This document shows positions 20,585 to 30,034 of a stretch of DNA of 64,000 nt, piece by piece. The DNA comes from Bacteroidales bacterium (lineage in GTDB: Bacteria > Bacteroidota > Bacteroidia > Bacteroidales > DTGW01). The DNA lies in NCBI GenBank assembly GCA_049968755.1, contig JBMFQE010000004.1, positions 140,264 to 204,263 on the forward strand. Direction: 5' to 3'. The notes beneath the pieces are model-generated. The model was not told the origin of the DNA. It was given only the letters and a program-made list of their open reading frames with translations, and made no database searches. Each line of letters opens with the position of its first letter. The stretch's first letter is position 1. A program made the translations under genes and the position numbers.

Positions 20585-21778
20585 TTACAATTCCAAATCA
20601 ACATCATGCATTTCGTGCCACGGGAGGCCATATTTATTGAGAGCTTCCATAAAGGGATCGGGGTCGAACTGTTCAACGTTATATACCCCTGACTTTTTCC
20701 ATAAACCTTTAAGATACATCATGGCGCCAATCATGGCCGGTACACCAGTAGTATAGCTAACAGCCTGCGTGCCAGTTTCTTTGTAGGCTTCTTCATGGCT
20801 GCAGTTGTTGTACACATAGTAAGTTTTTTCTTTCCCATCTTTTATGCCTCGAATCCGACAGCCTATGGATGTCCAACCCTTGTAGTTAGCTCCCAGCTCG
20901 CCAGGATTGGGCAACACTGCTTTCAAAAACTCTATGGGTATGATTTCTACCCCTTTGTAAATTACCGGATCGATGCGTGCCATGCCAATATTTTGAATTA
21001 CCCGCAAATGGGTTAGATATTCCTGGCTAAAGGTCATCCAGAAACGGGCACGTTTAATCGTAGGGAAATTTTTGACCAGCGATTCCAGCTCTTCGTGGTA
21101 AATAAGATAGCTTTCCTTTGGGCCGATACCCGGGTAGGTTAACGGTTTATGAATTTCGTGGGGTTCGGTCTCAACCCAACGGCCATTTTCCCAGTATTTT
21201 CCCTTCTGAGTAACCTCACGAATGTTGATTTCGGGATTAAAGTTGGTAGCAAATGGACGGCCATGGTCGCCCGCATTGCAATCCACTATATCAAGGTAGT
21301 GAATTTCGTCGAAGTGATGTTTGGCCGCATAAGCAGTAAATACGCTGGTTACGCCGGGATCAAAACCACAACCCAGGATGGCAGTTAAATTAGCCTCCTT
21401 GAACCGGTCGTGATAGGCCCACTGCCACTTGTACTCAAATTTTGCCTCGTCGCGGGGCTCATAGTTGGCTGTATCAAGGTAGGCTGTACCTGTTTTCAGG
21501 CAGGCTTCCATGATGGTCAAATCCTGATAGGGCAATGCAACATTGATGACAATGTCGGGTTTAAAATCGTTCATTAAGGCTACCAGTTCATCGACATTGT
21601 CAGCATCCACCTTGGCAGTCTGAATACGATTGCCTCCTATAGCTTTAGCTATGGCATCGCATTTCTCTTTGGTTCGACTGGCTAGCAAAATTTCCGAAAA
21701 TACCTCTTTTTCTTTAGCGACCTTATGGGCAACTACCGTGCCTACCCCTCCAGCACCAATTATCATTACTTTTCCCAT
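20585..21778 (-). CDS. Saccharopine dehydrogenase family protein, likely carboxy(nor)spermidine dehydrogenase
   Basis: IIGAGGVG, VALPYQDL, YLDTANYEP, GCGFDPG, ATNFNPEINIRE, QAVSYTTGVPA. Confidence 0.88.
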   Translation of the reverse strand: MGKVMIIGAGGVGTVVAHKVAKEKEVFSEILLASRTKEKCDAIAKAIGGNRIQTAKVDADNVDELVALMNDFKPDIVINVALPYQDLTIMEACLKTGTAYLDTANYEPRDEAKFEYKWQWAYHDRFKEANLTAILGCGFDPGVTSVFTAYAAKHHFDEIHYLDIVDCNAGDHGRPFATNFNPEINIREVTQKGKYWENGRWVETEPHEIHKPLTYPGIGPKESYLIYHEELESLVKNFPTIKRARFWMTFSQEYLTHLRVIQNIGMARIDPVIYKGVEIIPIEFLKAVLPNPGELGANYKGWTSIGCRIRGIKDGKEKTYYVYNNCSHEEAYKETGTQAVSYTTGVPAMIGAMMYLKGLWKKSGVYNVEQFDPDPFMEALNKYGLPWHEMHDVDLEL

Positions 21779-21950
21779 GTTCTTTGTTAGGTTTAATTTA
21801 AGTTACGCAAAGATAATACTTTAACCCAAATTGCAACTGAGAAAAAATATGATTCCACCCACTAATGCTAATTCTGTCATTTGAGCGTCTTAAAATTTCT
21901 GGTTTTTACACCCAGGATCATTAGCCTATCGAAAACCGGATTCTTTTTTT

Positions 21951-22051
21951 ATGAAACACCCATGTTCCTGCGAACGCAAACACAATAGTGATAAAATTGC
22001 GAACATGGGTGTTCCATCATACCTTTAAAAATTAATTTTATTATGATGAAA
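21951..22051 (+). mobile_element. 95-bp element, copy 3 (consensus)
   Basis: ATGAAA at 21951 and 22046; internal 17-bp inverted repeat with one mismatch. Confidence 0.8.
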
Positions 22052-22185
22052 CTGTAATTATAACCAGCATAAAGCTAACTTTCATGTCCAATTTTTTCGG
22101 TAATTTACTATTGGTTTCCTAAGAAAAGTGTAATTTCGTGAAAATATTATATTTTCGTTTATCAGCGCCAGGCGAGATATAGATC

Positions 22186-23253
22186 ATGAAACTAACTTTT
22201 AGAAAAAAACAGAATCAAACGCCAAGAATTATTTTAGCGCGGAAGGATTATAAGCTCCGCCAGAAAATTTTAAACTTTTTGTTTTTTCTGGTTCTTTCAA
22301 CTTTCTTTTGGCTACTCCGAGTGCTAGACAATGATTATACTACCCAGCTCAAGGTCCCAATAGAGTATATACCCTATCGCTCCGATATTGAAATGGTAGG
22401 CGATATACCCAGCACCCTTTCACTCAATGTTACCGGCCAGGGATACACACTGGTAAAAAAAATTTTCACCGCTTCTCAACATCCTGTGGTGTTGCATGTA
22501 CTGGCTTTAAATCTTCGCCCAGTTGATGCAAAAAACAATAGTTATTATGCACTTACCCACTATCTGAAGGAAAACGTTCAGCGACAGATTGGACCCGAGT
22601 TGAGGTTGAACTATATACTGCCCGATACCCTATGGTATACCTTTTCGCCGGTTGAGAAAAAAAGGGTAAAGGTGGTCCCTGCTATTCGAATCAAATTTGT
22701 TAAGCAATATATGCTTGAGGGTGATTATATTGTTCAGCCCGATTCGGTGGTGGTTACTGGACCCCATGTTATCCTCGATACCCTTTCGGCGGTTTATACC
22801 GAAAATGCTTCGTATATCGGGATTTTTCGCTCATTTACCCGCACACTTAAAATCCAACCAATAAACGACGTAAGTATAGAACCCAAAGAAGTAATGGTAA
22901 CTGTTCCCGTTGAAAAGTTTACCCAGGCTACCATCAAGGTACCCATTAAACCCATTAATGTCCCCGATAGCTTGCAGTTGCTCCTATTCCCATCGACAGT
23001 TACAGTTGACTATCTGGTATCGCTCAAAAATTTCAACAAGGTAAAAAGCACACAGTTCCTGATTACTGCCGATTATTACGATTGTTTTTCTGCGGTTAAT
23101 AAAATAAGTGTTCGCATCGAGAGATATCCTTACATGCTTAAGCTGATTAATTATTCTCCCAAAAGTGTAGAATTTTTGATAGAACACAAACCACTTGCCG
23201 GACAAAAAATAAAGCCAACTTTGAATGATACGCCAATAATTTCTGGAAAATAA
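22186..23253 (+). CDS. YbbR/CdaR-like protein
   Basis: N-terminal TM (FLFFLVLSTFFWLL), repeated beta domains (PDSVVVTGP, VPVEKFT); usual position before coaE in Bacteroidota. Confidence 0.8.
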   Translation: MKLTFRKKQNQTPRIILARKDYKLRQKILNFLFFLVLSTFFWLLRVLDNDYTTQLKVPIEYIPYRSDIEMVGDIPSTLSLNVTGQGYTLVKKIFTASQHPVVLHVLALNLRPVDAKNNSYYALTHYLKENVQRQIGPELRLNYILPDTLWYTFSPVEKKRVKVVPAIRIKFVKQYMLEGDYIVQPDSVVVTGPHVILDTLSAVYTENASYIGIFRSFTRTLKIQPINDVSIEPKEVMVTVPVEKFTQATIKVPIKPINVPDSLQLLLFPSTVTVDYLVSLKNFNKVKSTQFLITADYYDCFSAVNKISVRIERYPYMLKLINYSPKSVEFLIEHKPLAGQKIKPTLNDTPIISGK

Positions 23254-23277
23254 CGGATTAAAAAAAACCATGATATT

Positions 23278-23871
23278 ATGCTGAAAGTCGGCTTAACGGG
23301 TGGCATTGGGTCTGGTAAGAGTACCGTTGCAGAGATATTCAGAGTACTGGGGATACCTGTTTTTGTAGCAGATGAAGTAGCCAAGGAGCTGCTTAACCTA
23401 AACGAAGTGATAGAATTTTATCGTCGTACGCTGGGTGATGAAATTGTAACCAGCCAGGGTATCGATAAAAAAAGGACTGCCAATATACTTTTTCAGCATC
23501 CCGAATTGGTCGAAAAAATAAATTCCTTTATTCATCCCCTGGTTGATAAGAGATTTGAGACATGGTGTACACAAAATAGCCGCGCACCCTATGTAATTAA
23601 AGAGTCGGCCATACTATTTGAGACAGGTTTATATAAAAAACTGGATTATACTATTCTGGTTACTGCTCCCAGAGAGCTGCGTATTGAGCGGTTGAGGCTT
23701 AGCCGTAATATGCAGCTCGATGAGATTGAAAAGCGCATGCTTCATCAGTGGTCGGATGAACGAAAAGAAAAATTAGCTAACTGGATTATTTTTAACGACA
23801 ATCAGCACGCAGTTTTGCCCCAGGTAATGGCCATACATCAAAAATTAGCTAATTACGTAAGTATCACATAA
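23278..23871 (+). CDS. coaE: Dephospho-CoA kinase
   Basis: KVGLTGGIGSGKSTV, IHPLV, ESAILFE. Confidence 0.96.
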   Translation: MLKVGLTGGIGSGKSTVAEIFRVLGIPVFVADEVAKELLNLNEVIEFYRRTLGDEIVTSQGIDKKRTANILFQHPELVEKINSFIHPLVDKRFETWCTQNSRAPYVIKESAILFETGLYKKLDYTILVTAPRELRIERLRLSRNMQLDEIEKRMLHQWSDERKEKLANWIIFNDNQHAVLPQVMAIHQKLANYVSIT

Positions 23872-23884
23872 CTGTTAACTTAAA

Positions 23885-23915
23885 ACCTATAAAAATTAAT
23901 TTTATTATGATGAAA
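23885..23915 (+). repeat. 3' fragment of the 95-bp element, forming the initiation region and start codon of the 23907 gene
   Basis: ACCTATAAAAATTAATTTTATTATGATGAAA matches the element tail at 30/31 positions. Confidence 0.6.
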
Positions 23916-25376
23916 AAACAAATTTTAATGTTCGTGGCGGGATGGCTAATATGTCACTTCCCTTTGCATGCCCAACTGGTCCGTTTTGGATTCATTGGCA
24001 ACAGTATAACTATAGGTACAGGTCTTACCTCACCGCAAACAGAGTGTTATCCTGCACAGATTGGTGTGTTGCTTGCCAGTAAATATGGCGACACATGCGA
24101 GGTACGTAATTTTGCTGTATCGGGGCGTACCATGCTGCGAAAGGGCGACTTCCCCATTTGGAATGAACTCGATTTTCGGCGTGCCCTCAACTATGCTCCT
24201 GATATCCTTTTTGTTTTGCTGGGTACCAACGATTCAAAGCCGCAGAACTGGGACACCTACGGCAATGAGTTTCTTACCGACTACCGCGCTATGCTCGATA
24301 CTTTTCGCTGGCGTAATCCCCATGTGAAGTTTATCGTGTGTTTGCCTCCCCCTGCCTTTGATGTAGTGTGGGGTATCAGAGATTCTGTCATCAAAAATCA
24401 CATCATCCCACTGGTCGATAGTGTTGCCAGGTTGTACGATGCTTTATTGATAGACTTTTATACTCCGCTCCTCGATAGCGCAGCTTTATTCCCCGATAAA
24501 ATCCATCCCAATGCCCGGGGCGCCAGAGCCATGGCTGAAATTGCATTCGACCGGATTGTAGAGTCGGACATTGTCCATCGGGTCGATACGGGTTATACTT
24601 TTGTCACTGCTGTCGAAAAAAAACCTGTAGGTGATTTACGACGCGGGGATACGCTTACCCTATCGTACACCACACTTCGGGCCAATAAGGTGTACTTAAA
24701 CGGGCAGGAGGTAGCATTAACCGGTACCCTCAAGCTGGTACCGCTTTCCGATACCCGTTATGTTATTAAAGCCATCGGCCTTTTGAACGAAGATTCCATA
24801 GTTATTGACCAAAAGGTGTATGTGCCGATTTTGAGTCGCATCGTTGCTGTTGCTACGAAAAGTTCATTTTTTCCAGGCGATACCATTGTTATCATAGCAC
24901 GTTATTTTGACCAAAAAAGCGTCCGAATGAACGACACTACCTTTAATCTTACCTGGAGGATTAAACAGGGGAAAGGGCGATTGTTCGATGCGACCGATAA
25001 CCAGATTACTCTGGTTGCTGATAGCGTAGGAACCATGATTGTGAGCTGCGAGACCGACAATGGTCTTAGCTATGATTTAAAACTTACCGTTCGAACTCCG
25101 TTAGCTGTGGCTACCCCTAACGAAAAAGGATTGAAATTATATCCAAATCCAGCCTCTGATCGCTTATACATAAATTTTAAAACTACTGATAATCAGACGA
25201 TTAAAGTAAGCATTTTTTCACTGGATGGCAAATTGCAGCAACAGACGATACACCCCATCGGTGTTAACCAGCATACCCTCAGCCTGGATGTGAGTCGACT
25301 CGCTGCCGGAGTGTATTTATGTAAAGTCATCACAAATGATCGGATCCGCGTGCAAAAATTTTATGTTAATCGGTAA
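23907..25376 (+). CDS. SGNH/GDSL esterase with T9SS C-terminal domain
   Basis: GNSIT, LGTNDSK, DKIHP; LYPNPA...AGVYL CTD. Confidence 0.88.
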   Translation: MMKKQILMFVAGWLICHFPLHAQLVRFGFIGNSITIGTGLTSPQTECYPAQIGVLLASKYGDTCEVRNFAVSGRTMLRKGDFPIWNELDFRRALNYAPDILFVLLGTNDSKPQNWDTYGNEFLTDYRAMLDTFRWRNPHVKFIVCLPPPAFDVVWGIRDSVIKNHIIPLVDSVARLYDALLIDFYTPLLDSAALFPDKIHPNARGARAMAEIAFDRIVESDIVHRVDTGYTFVTAVEKKPVGDLRRGDTLTLSYTTLRANKVYLNGQEVALTGTLKLVPLSDTRYVIKAIGLLNEDSIVIDQKVYVPILSRIVAVATKSSFFPGDTIVIIARYFDQKSVRMNDTTFNLTWRIKQGKGRLFDATDNQITLVADSVGTMIVSCETDNGLSYDLKLTVRTPLAVATPNEKGLKLYPNPASDRLYINFKTTDNQTIKVSIFSLDGKLQQQTIHPIGVNQHTLSLDVSRLAAGVYLCKVITNDRIRVQKFYVNR

Positions 25377-25478
25377 GTGCTGCTATTATGGACAGTTTTA
25401 GCTAAACCCCATAAGTGCTAAAACTTTCTGTTATTCCGCTTGTTTATTAAATACACAGACCTCAAAAAAAAAAAATTT

Positions 25479-26204
25479 ATGAACAAGCGGGAATTTTTAA
25501 AATCAGGATTACTGGGCATAGGTGCAGCACTGTTATCCAAATCATTGCTTTCGTCCAGTACGGTTGGTGTAGCAACGAAAAGCTCAATCTTAGGGGGCGG
25601 GCTTTTTGAACAACCTCCTCTTGGCTATGCTTATGATGCGCTGGAACCATACATTGATGCACGTACGATGGAAATCCATTACACCAAGCATCATGCAGCC
25701 TATACGAGAAATCTTAACGACCAGCTGGCCAAACTGTCAACCTATCCAAACAGTTTGATTGAAATTTTTAAGCATATTTCGCAGTACCCAGTGGCTGTCA
25801 GAAATAATGGCGGGGGGTATTACAATCACAATCTTTTCTGGAAAATAATTGCTCCTGGCGGTTCAAAGGAACCATCCGCTGAAATAAAACGTGAGATGGA
25901 AAATGCATTTGGCAGCGTTGACAATTTTAAAAAAGTCTTTACCGATAAAGCTATGGGAGTATTTGGCTCGGGATGGGCATGGCTGATAAAAACTCCGGCT
26001 GGACTAAAAATAACCACTACTGCTAATCAGGATAATCCGTTGATGGAAACAGAACAGGAACGTGGTATACCTATCCTGATGGTGGATGTTTGGGAACACG
26101 CATACTATCTTAAATACCAGAACCGACGCCGCGAATACCTCGACGCCTTCTGGCAGGTGGTTAACTGGGACCAGGTGCAAGCTTTCTATCAATCGGCAAT
26201 ATAA
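25479..26204 (+). CDS. sodA: Fe/Mn superoxide dismutase (Mn-type residues) with Tat-like signal peptide
   Basis: HYTKHH, NNGGGYYNH, FGSGWAWL, NQD, DVWEHAYY; N-terminal MNKREFLK plus hydrophobic stretch. Confidence 0.88.
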   Translation: MNKREFLKSGLLGIGAALLSKSLLSSSTVGVATKSSILGGGLFEQPPLGYAYDALEPYIDARTMEIHYTKHHAAYTRNLNDQLAKLSTYPNSLIEIFKHISQYPVAVRNNGGGYYNHNLFWKIIAPGGSKEPSAEIKREMENAFGSVDNFKKVFTDKAMGVFGSGWAWLIKTPAGLKITTTANQDNPLMETEQERGIPILMVDVWEHAYYLKYQNRRREYLDAFWQVVNWDQVQAFYQSAI

Positions 26205-26243
26205 ATGCTTTTGTATACATTGAAGTAAAGCATTTAATAAAAC

Positions 26244-27272
26244 CTATAGGGGCATGTTTTTCCTATTCGAGCTCTCCCGGATCAGCAGGCAAGGGCTGAG
26301 AACGATCTTTTCCGATTGCCTGGATTGCTGAGGATGTTTAATGGTGTTGATTAGCAGTCGAGCTGCATGCTCGCCCATTTCATCGGCTCGCTGGTCAATA
26401 GAAGTCATGCTTGGACTGATTAGCGCAGTAAATGGCTCATTGGCAAAGCCCACAATCGACAGCTGTTGGGGAATGTTAATGCCTGCTTGTCGTGCTGCCA
26501 GCATTACTCCAAGGGCCGAATAGTCACTGGCTGCCAATATACCATCTGGCCTGTTCTTCGTTGATTCAAACAGTTGACCTGCCACTTCCAACCCTTTTTC
26601 TCGTGTGATAGCTGGTCCGATGATAGCATGGGTAATGTCCGGGTGCTGCCCAATTGCATCCAAAAATCCCTGTTGCCGCTCGTGATAAATGTTGATAAAA
26701 TCGGGCCCAGCCAGATGGACAATATATTTGCAGCCCTGCTCTATCAAATGCATCGTGGCCTCGTAAGCGGCCTTGTAGTTGTCGTTTACCACACAGTGCG
26801 TCGGTAGATCGGGCCTGATACGGTCGAACTGCACCAATGGGATTCCCTCTTTGAGGATGGCTTCCAGATGGGCTCCCGTATTCGTTTGGGACGATATTGA
26901 AATCATTATACCCGAAACCCTACTCTGAAGAAGGGTACGTATGGCTTCTTGCTCCCTTTCAAATTCCTCCTCGCTCTGGCATATTACCAGACTATACCCT
27001 TCGCGTCGACAGATCCGTTCGGCCCCAGCTATCACAGTGGATATAAAGTCTCTGTTAATGCGCGGCACAACCATGCCCAGCGTTTTCCCCCTGCCAGTTC
27101 GCAGGCTGCTGGCAATAGGGTTGGGCCTGTAGCCAACCTCCTCTGCTTTCTTTCGCACAAGCGCCTTGGTCGACTCACTGATTTTGGGATGATCGCTTAA
27201 CGCACGTGATACCGTCGATGCTGTTAGATTGAGCATCCGCGCTATGTCGTGTATGGTAACCCTTTTACTCAT
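26244..27272 (-). CDS. LacI family regulator of the divergent hexuronate genes
   Basis: VTIHDIARMLNLTASTVSRAL HTH; YRPNPIASSL; SIVGF. Confidence 0.93.
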   Translation of the reverse strand: MSKRVTIHDIARMLNLTASTVSRALSDHPKISESTKALVRKKAEEVGYRPNPIASSLRTGRGKTLGMVVPRINRDFISTVIAGAERICRREGYSLVICQSEEEFEREQEAIRTLLQSRVSGIMISISSQTNTGAHLEAILKEGIPLVQFDRIRPDLPTHCVVNDNYKAAYEATMHLIEQGCKYIVHLAGPDFINIYHERQQGFLDAIGQHPDITHAIIGPAITREKGLEVAGQLFESTKNRPDGILAASDYSALGVMLAARQAGINIPQQLSIVGFANEPFTALISPSMTSIDQRADEMGEHAARLLINTIKHPQQSRQSEKIVLSPCLLIRESSNRKNMPL

Positions 27273-27319
27273 TCATTTCTTTCAGATTCTGTATAATGTA
27301 TGCAAAAATAAAAAAAATG

Positions 27320-27335
27320 ATGCAATCGATTGCAT
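27320..27335. promoter_or_regulatory. LacI-type operator
   Basis: Perfect 16-bp palindrome ATGCAATCGATTGCAT with central CG, between the divergent LacI gene and kdgK. Confidence 0.85.
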
Positions 27336-27375
27336 TAAGTAAAAAAATGTTTTTATTTTGCAAAAAATAAGATGT

Positions 27376-28410
27376 ATGCCAAAGGTTGTAACGTTTGGAG
27401 AAATCATGTTACGATTGGCCACGCCGGGCTATCAGCGTTTTGTTCAGGCTCGTTCGCTCGAGGTAAGTTTTGGTGGCGGTGAGGCGAATGTGGCTGTGGC
27501 ACTGGCCAATCTTGGTGAGCCTGTAAGCTATGTTACCTGTTTACCTCCCAACGATTGGGGAAAGGCAGCTGCCATGGAGCTTAAAAAGTACAATGTGGAT
27601 GTAAGCTATATCCAGTGGTCGGGCGATCGAATGGGTATCTATTTTCTTGAAACAGGTGCCATCATGCGCCCTTCAAAGGTAATATACGACCGTGCAGGTT
27701 CGGCTATTGCTCAGGTTAAGCCTGGTTCTATCCCCTGGCATGAAATTTTGAAGGATGCCGACTGGTTTCACTGGACCGGTATAACCCCTGCCATATCCGA
27801 AAATGCTGCAAAGGTTTGTAAGGAAGCTATTGAAACAGCAGCACAAAGGGGAATTACGATTTCTGTCGATCTTAACTTTCGTAAAAATCTATGGAAATAC
27901 GGTAAAAAAGCATCTGAGGTGATGCCCGACCTTGTGAAACATTGCGATATTATACTGGGCAATGAGGAGGATGCCGAGATGGTTTTTGGCATTAAAACCG
28001 AGGGTGTTGAGGTAGGGCAGGGTAGGGTCGATGCTGCAGCATACCAGCATACAGCCAGCCAGCTGATGCAGCGTTTCCCGAAGGCCAGGAAAGTAGTTGT
28101 TACCTTACGGGGTTCGCTCAGTGCCAATCATAATACATGGTCGGGCGTACTTTGGAATGGCAGAGAGTTTCTACAAGCACCTACCTATCAGATAACCCAC
28201 ATTGTTGATAGGGTAGGGGGAGGCGACTCTTTTATGGCGGGTTTGATTTATGCATTGCGTAACAGACCCGACGATGATGCCTTTGCGTTGAACTTTGCGG
28301 TAGCAGCTTCAGCACTAAAACACACTATTCCGGGCGACTTCAACCTGGTTACAATGGATGAGGTAATGAAACTTATGGCCGGCGATGCATCGGGACGTGT
28401 AATACGTTAA
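27376..28410 (+). CDS. kdgK: 2-keto-3-deoxygluconate kinase (PfkB family)
   Basis: FGEIMLRL, GGGEANVA, DLNFRKNLW, DRVGGGDSF. Confidence 0.92.
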   Translation: MPKVVTFGEIMLRLATPGYQRFVQARSLEVSFGGGEANVAVALANLGEPVSYVTCLPPNDWGKAAAMELKKYNVDVSYIQWSGDRMGIYFLETGAIMRPSKVIYDRAGSAIAQVKPGSIPWHEILKDADWFHWTGITPAISENAAKVCKEAIETAAQRGITISVDLNFRKNLWKYGKKASEVMPDLVKHCDIILGNEEDAEMVFGIKTEGVEVGQGRVDAAAYQHTASQLMQRFPKARKVVVTLRGSLSANHNTWSGVLWNGREFLQAPTYQITHIVDRVGGGDSFMAGLIYALRNRPDDDAFALNFAVAASALKHTIPGDFNLVTMDEVMKLMAGDASGRVIR

Positions 28411-28420
28411 TATTCTAAAT

Positions 28421-29113
28421 ATGGCAAAATATCAGCGACTCGAAGTGGCACAAACCATGCTCAACATGGGTATGGTACCCCTTTTTTATCATGCTCAACT
28501 TGAGGTCTGTAAAAATGTGCTCAAAGCTACTTACGAGGCAGGTGTTCGTGTCTTCGAATTTACTAACCGTGGCGATTTTGCCCATGAGGTTTTTTCCGAA
28601 CTCAATCGTTATGCTCTTGATCACTTGCCTGGCATGATGCTGGGGGTAGGATCGGTAGTAGATGCACCAACGGCTGCCCTCTATTTACAACTTGGAGCTA
28701 ATTTTATCGTTTCCCCCCTGCTGAATGAGGATGTAGCCCGTATTTGTAATCGCAGAAAAGTATTATGGATACCCGGTTGTGGCACGGTTTCGGAAATTTC
28801 AAAAGCCGAAGAGCTGGGGGCCGAAATCGTAAAAATATTTCCCGCCAAACAGCTGGGTGGTCCGGCATTCGTCAAAAGCGTCCTGGGACCCTGTCCCTGG
28901 TCACGGCTTATGCCATCGGGTGGGGTAGAGGTCGATGAAGAAAACTTGCGACACTGGTTCTCTGCTGGCGTAGCTTGCGTGGGAATGGGGTCAAATCTTT
29001 TCCCATCTTCCCTTATCCATGAAGAAAAATTTGATGAATTGAAAAGCAAACTCCAGCAGGCTTTTCAACTGGTTCAGAAAGTCAAAAACGAAACGGGTAA
29101 GAATAGTAAATGA
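28421..29113 (+). CDS. eda: KHG/KDPG aldolase
   Basis: FEFTNRG, GVGSVVD, PGCGTVSEI, VKIFP, MPSGGV. Confidence 0.92.
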   Translation: MAKYQRLEVAQTMLNMGMVPLFYHAQLEVCKNVLKATYEAGVRVFEFTNRGDFAHEVFSELNRYALDHLPGMMLGVGSVVDAPTAALYLQLGANFIVSPLLNEDVARICNRRKVLWIPGCGTVSEISKAEELGAEIVKIFPAKQLGGPAFVKSVLGPCPWSRLMPSGGVEVDEENLRHWFSAGVACVGMGSNLFPSSLIHEEKFDELKSKLQQAFQLVQKVKNETGKNSK

Positions 29114-29191
29114 TTGCATCGTATCTGTTGAGTAAAAAATTAATAATCCGCATAAACGATCATCAAAAATTATCAGGTAAGAACAAAAAAT

Positions 29192-30016
29192 ATGAGCTAC
29201 ATAGAAGAATTATTCGACGTTCGCAACCGGGTGTATATTTTAACCGGTGGGGGCGGTGTACTGGCAGGTGCCATTGGCGAGGGTTTAGCAAGAGCTGGCG
29301 CCCGGGTGGTACTGCTCGATATCAGGCTGCCTAATGCCCAGGCACGTGCAGAAAAAATTATGGCTGCAGGAGGAAAAGCGCTGGCGCTCGAATCGAATGT
29401 GCTGGATGTAAATGTGCTGCAACATACCAGAGATATTATCCTGCAGCATTTTGGACGTATCGATGGACTTATTAATCTGGCCGGAGGAAATATGCCGGGA
29501 GCTACCATCGCTCCCGACCAAACCATTTTTGATTTACAAATTCCCGATTTTGAAAAAGTATTAGCACTCAATTTAAATGGAACCGTTTACCCCTCGCTCG
29601 TTTTTGGTAAAGTAATGGCCGAAAACCGATCGGGGGTAATTATCAATATCTCATCCATGGCAGCCTTTAGGGCTATCACCCGTGTGGTAGGCTATTCAGC
29701 AGCAAAGGCTGCTGTGAGCAATTTTACCCGCTGGATGGCCATGGAAATGGCTTTTAAATATGGCGATGGCCTTCGGGTTAATGCTATTGCCCCGGGTTTC
29801 TTTATTGGCGACCAAAATCGTGCACTACTCATCAACCCCGATGGTACCTATACCGAACGCGGTAAAAAAGTCATTGCTCAAACCCCTATGGGACGTTTTG
29901 GCGAGCCTGAAGAGCTGATTGGGGCTGTAATCTACCTGTGTAGCGATGCCTCAAAGTTTGTTACCGGTGTGGTATTGCCCGTCGACGGTGGTTTCGAAGT
30001 CTACAGTGGTGTTTAA
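29192..30016 (+). CDS. uxuB: SDR oxidoreductase, likely D-mannonate oxidoreductase
   Basis: TGGGGVL, AGGNMPGAT, YSAAK, RVNAIAPGFF; adjacent to uxuA. Confidence 0.8.
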   Translation: MSYIEELFDVRNRVYILTGGGGVLAGAIGEGLARAGARVVLLDIRLPNAQARAEKIMAAGGKALALESNVLDVNVLQHTRDIILQHFGRIDGLINLAGGNMPGATIAPDQTIFDLQIPDFEKVLALNLNGTVYPSLVFGKVMAENRSGVIINISSMAAFRAITRVVGYSAAKAAVSNFTRWMAMEMAFKYGDGLRVNAIAPGFFIGDQNRALLINPDGTYTERGKKVIAQTPMGRFGEPEELIGAVIYLCSDASKFVTGVVLPVDGGFEVYSGV

Positions 30017-30034
30017 TATTTAAATTTTACAAAT

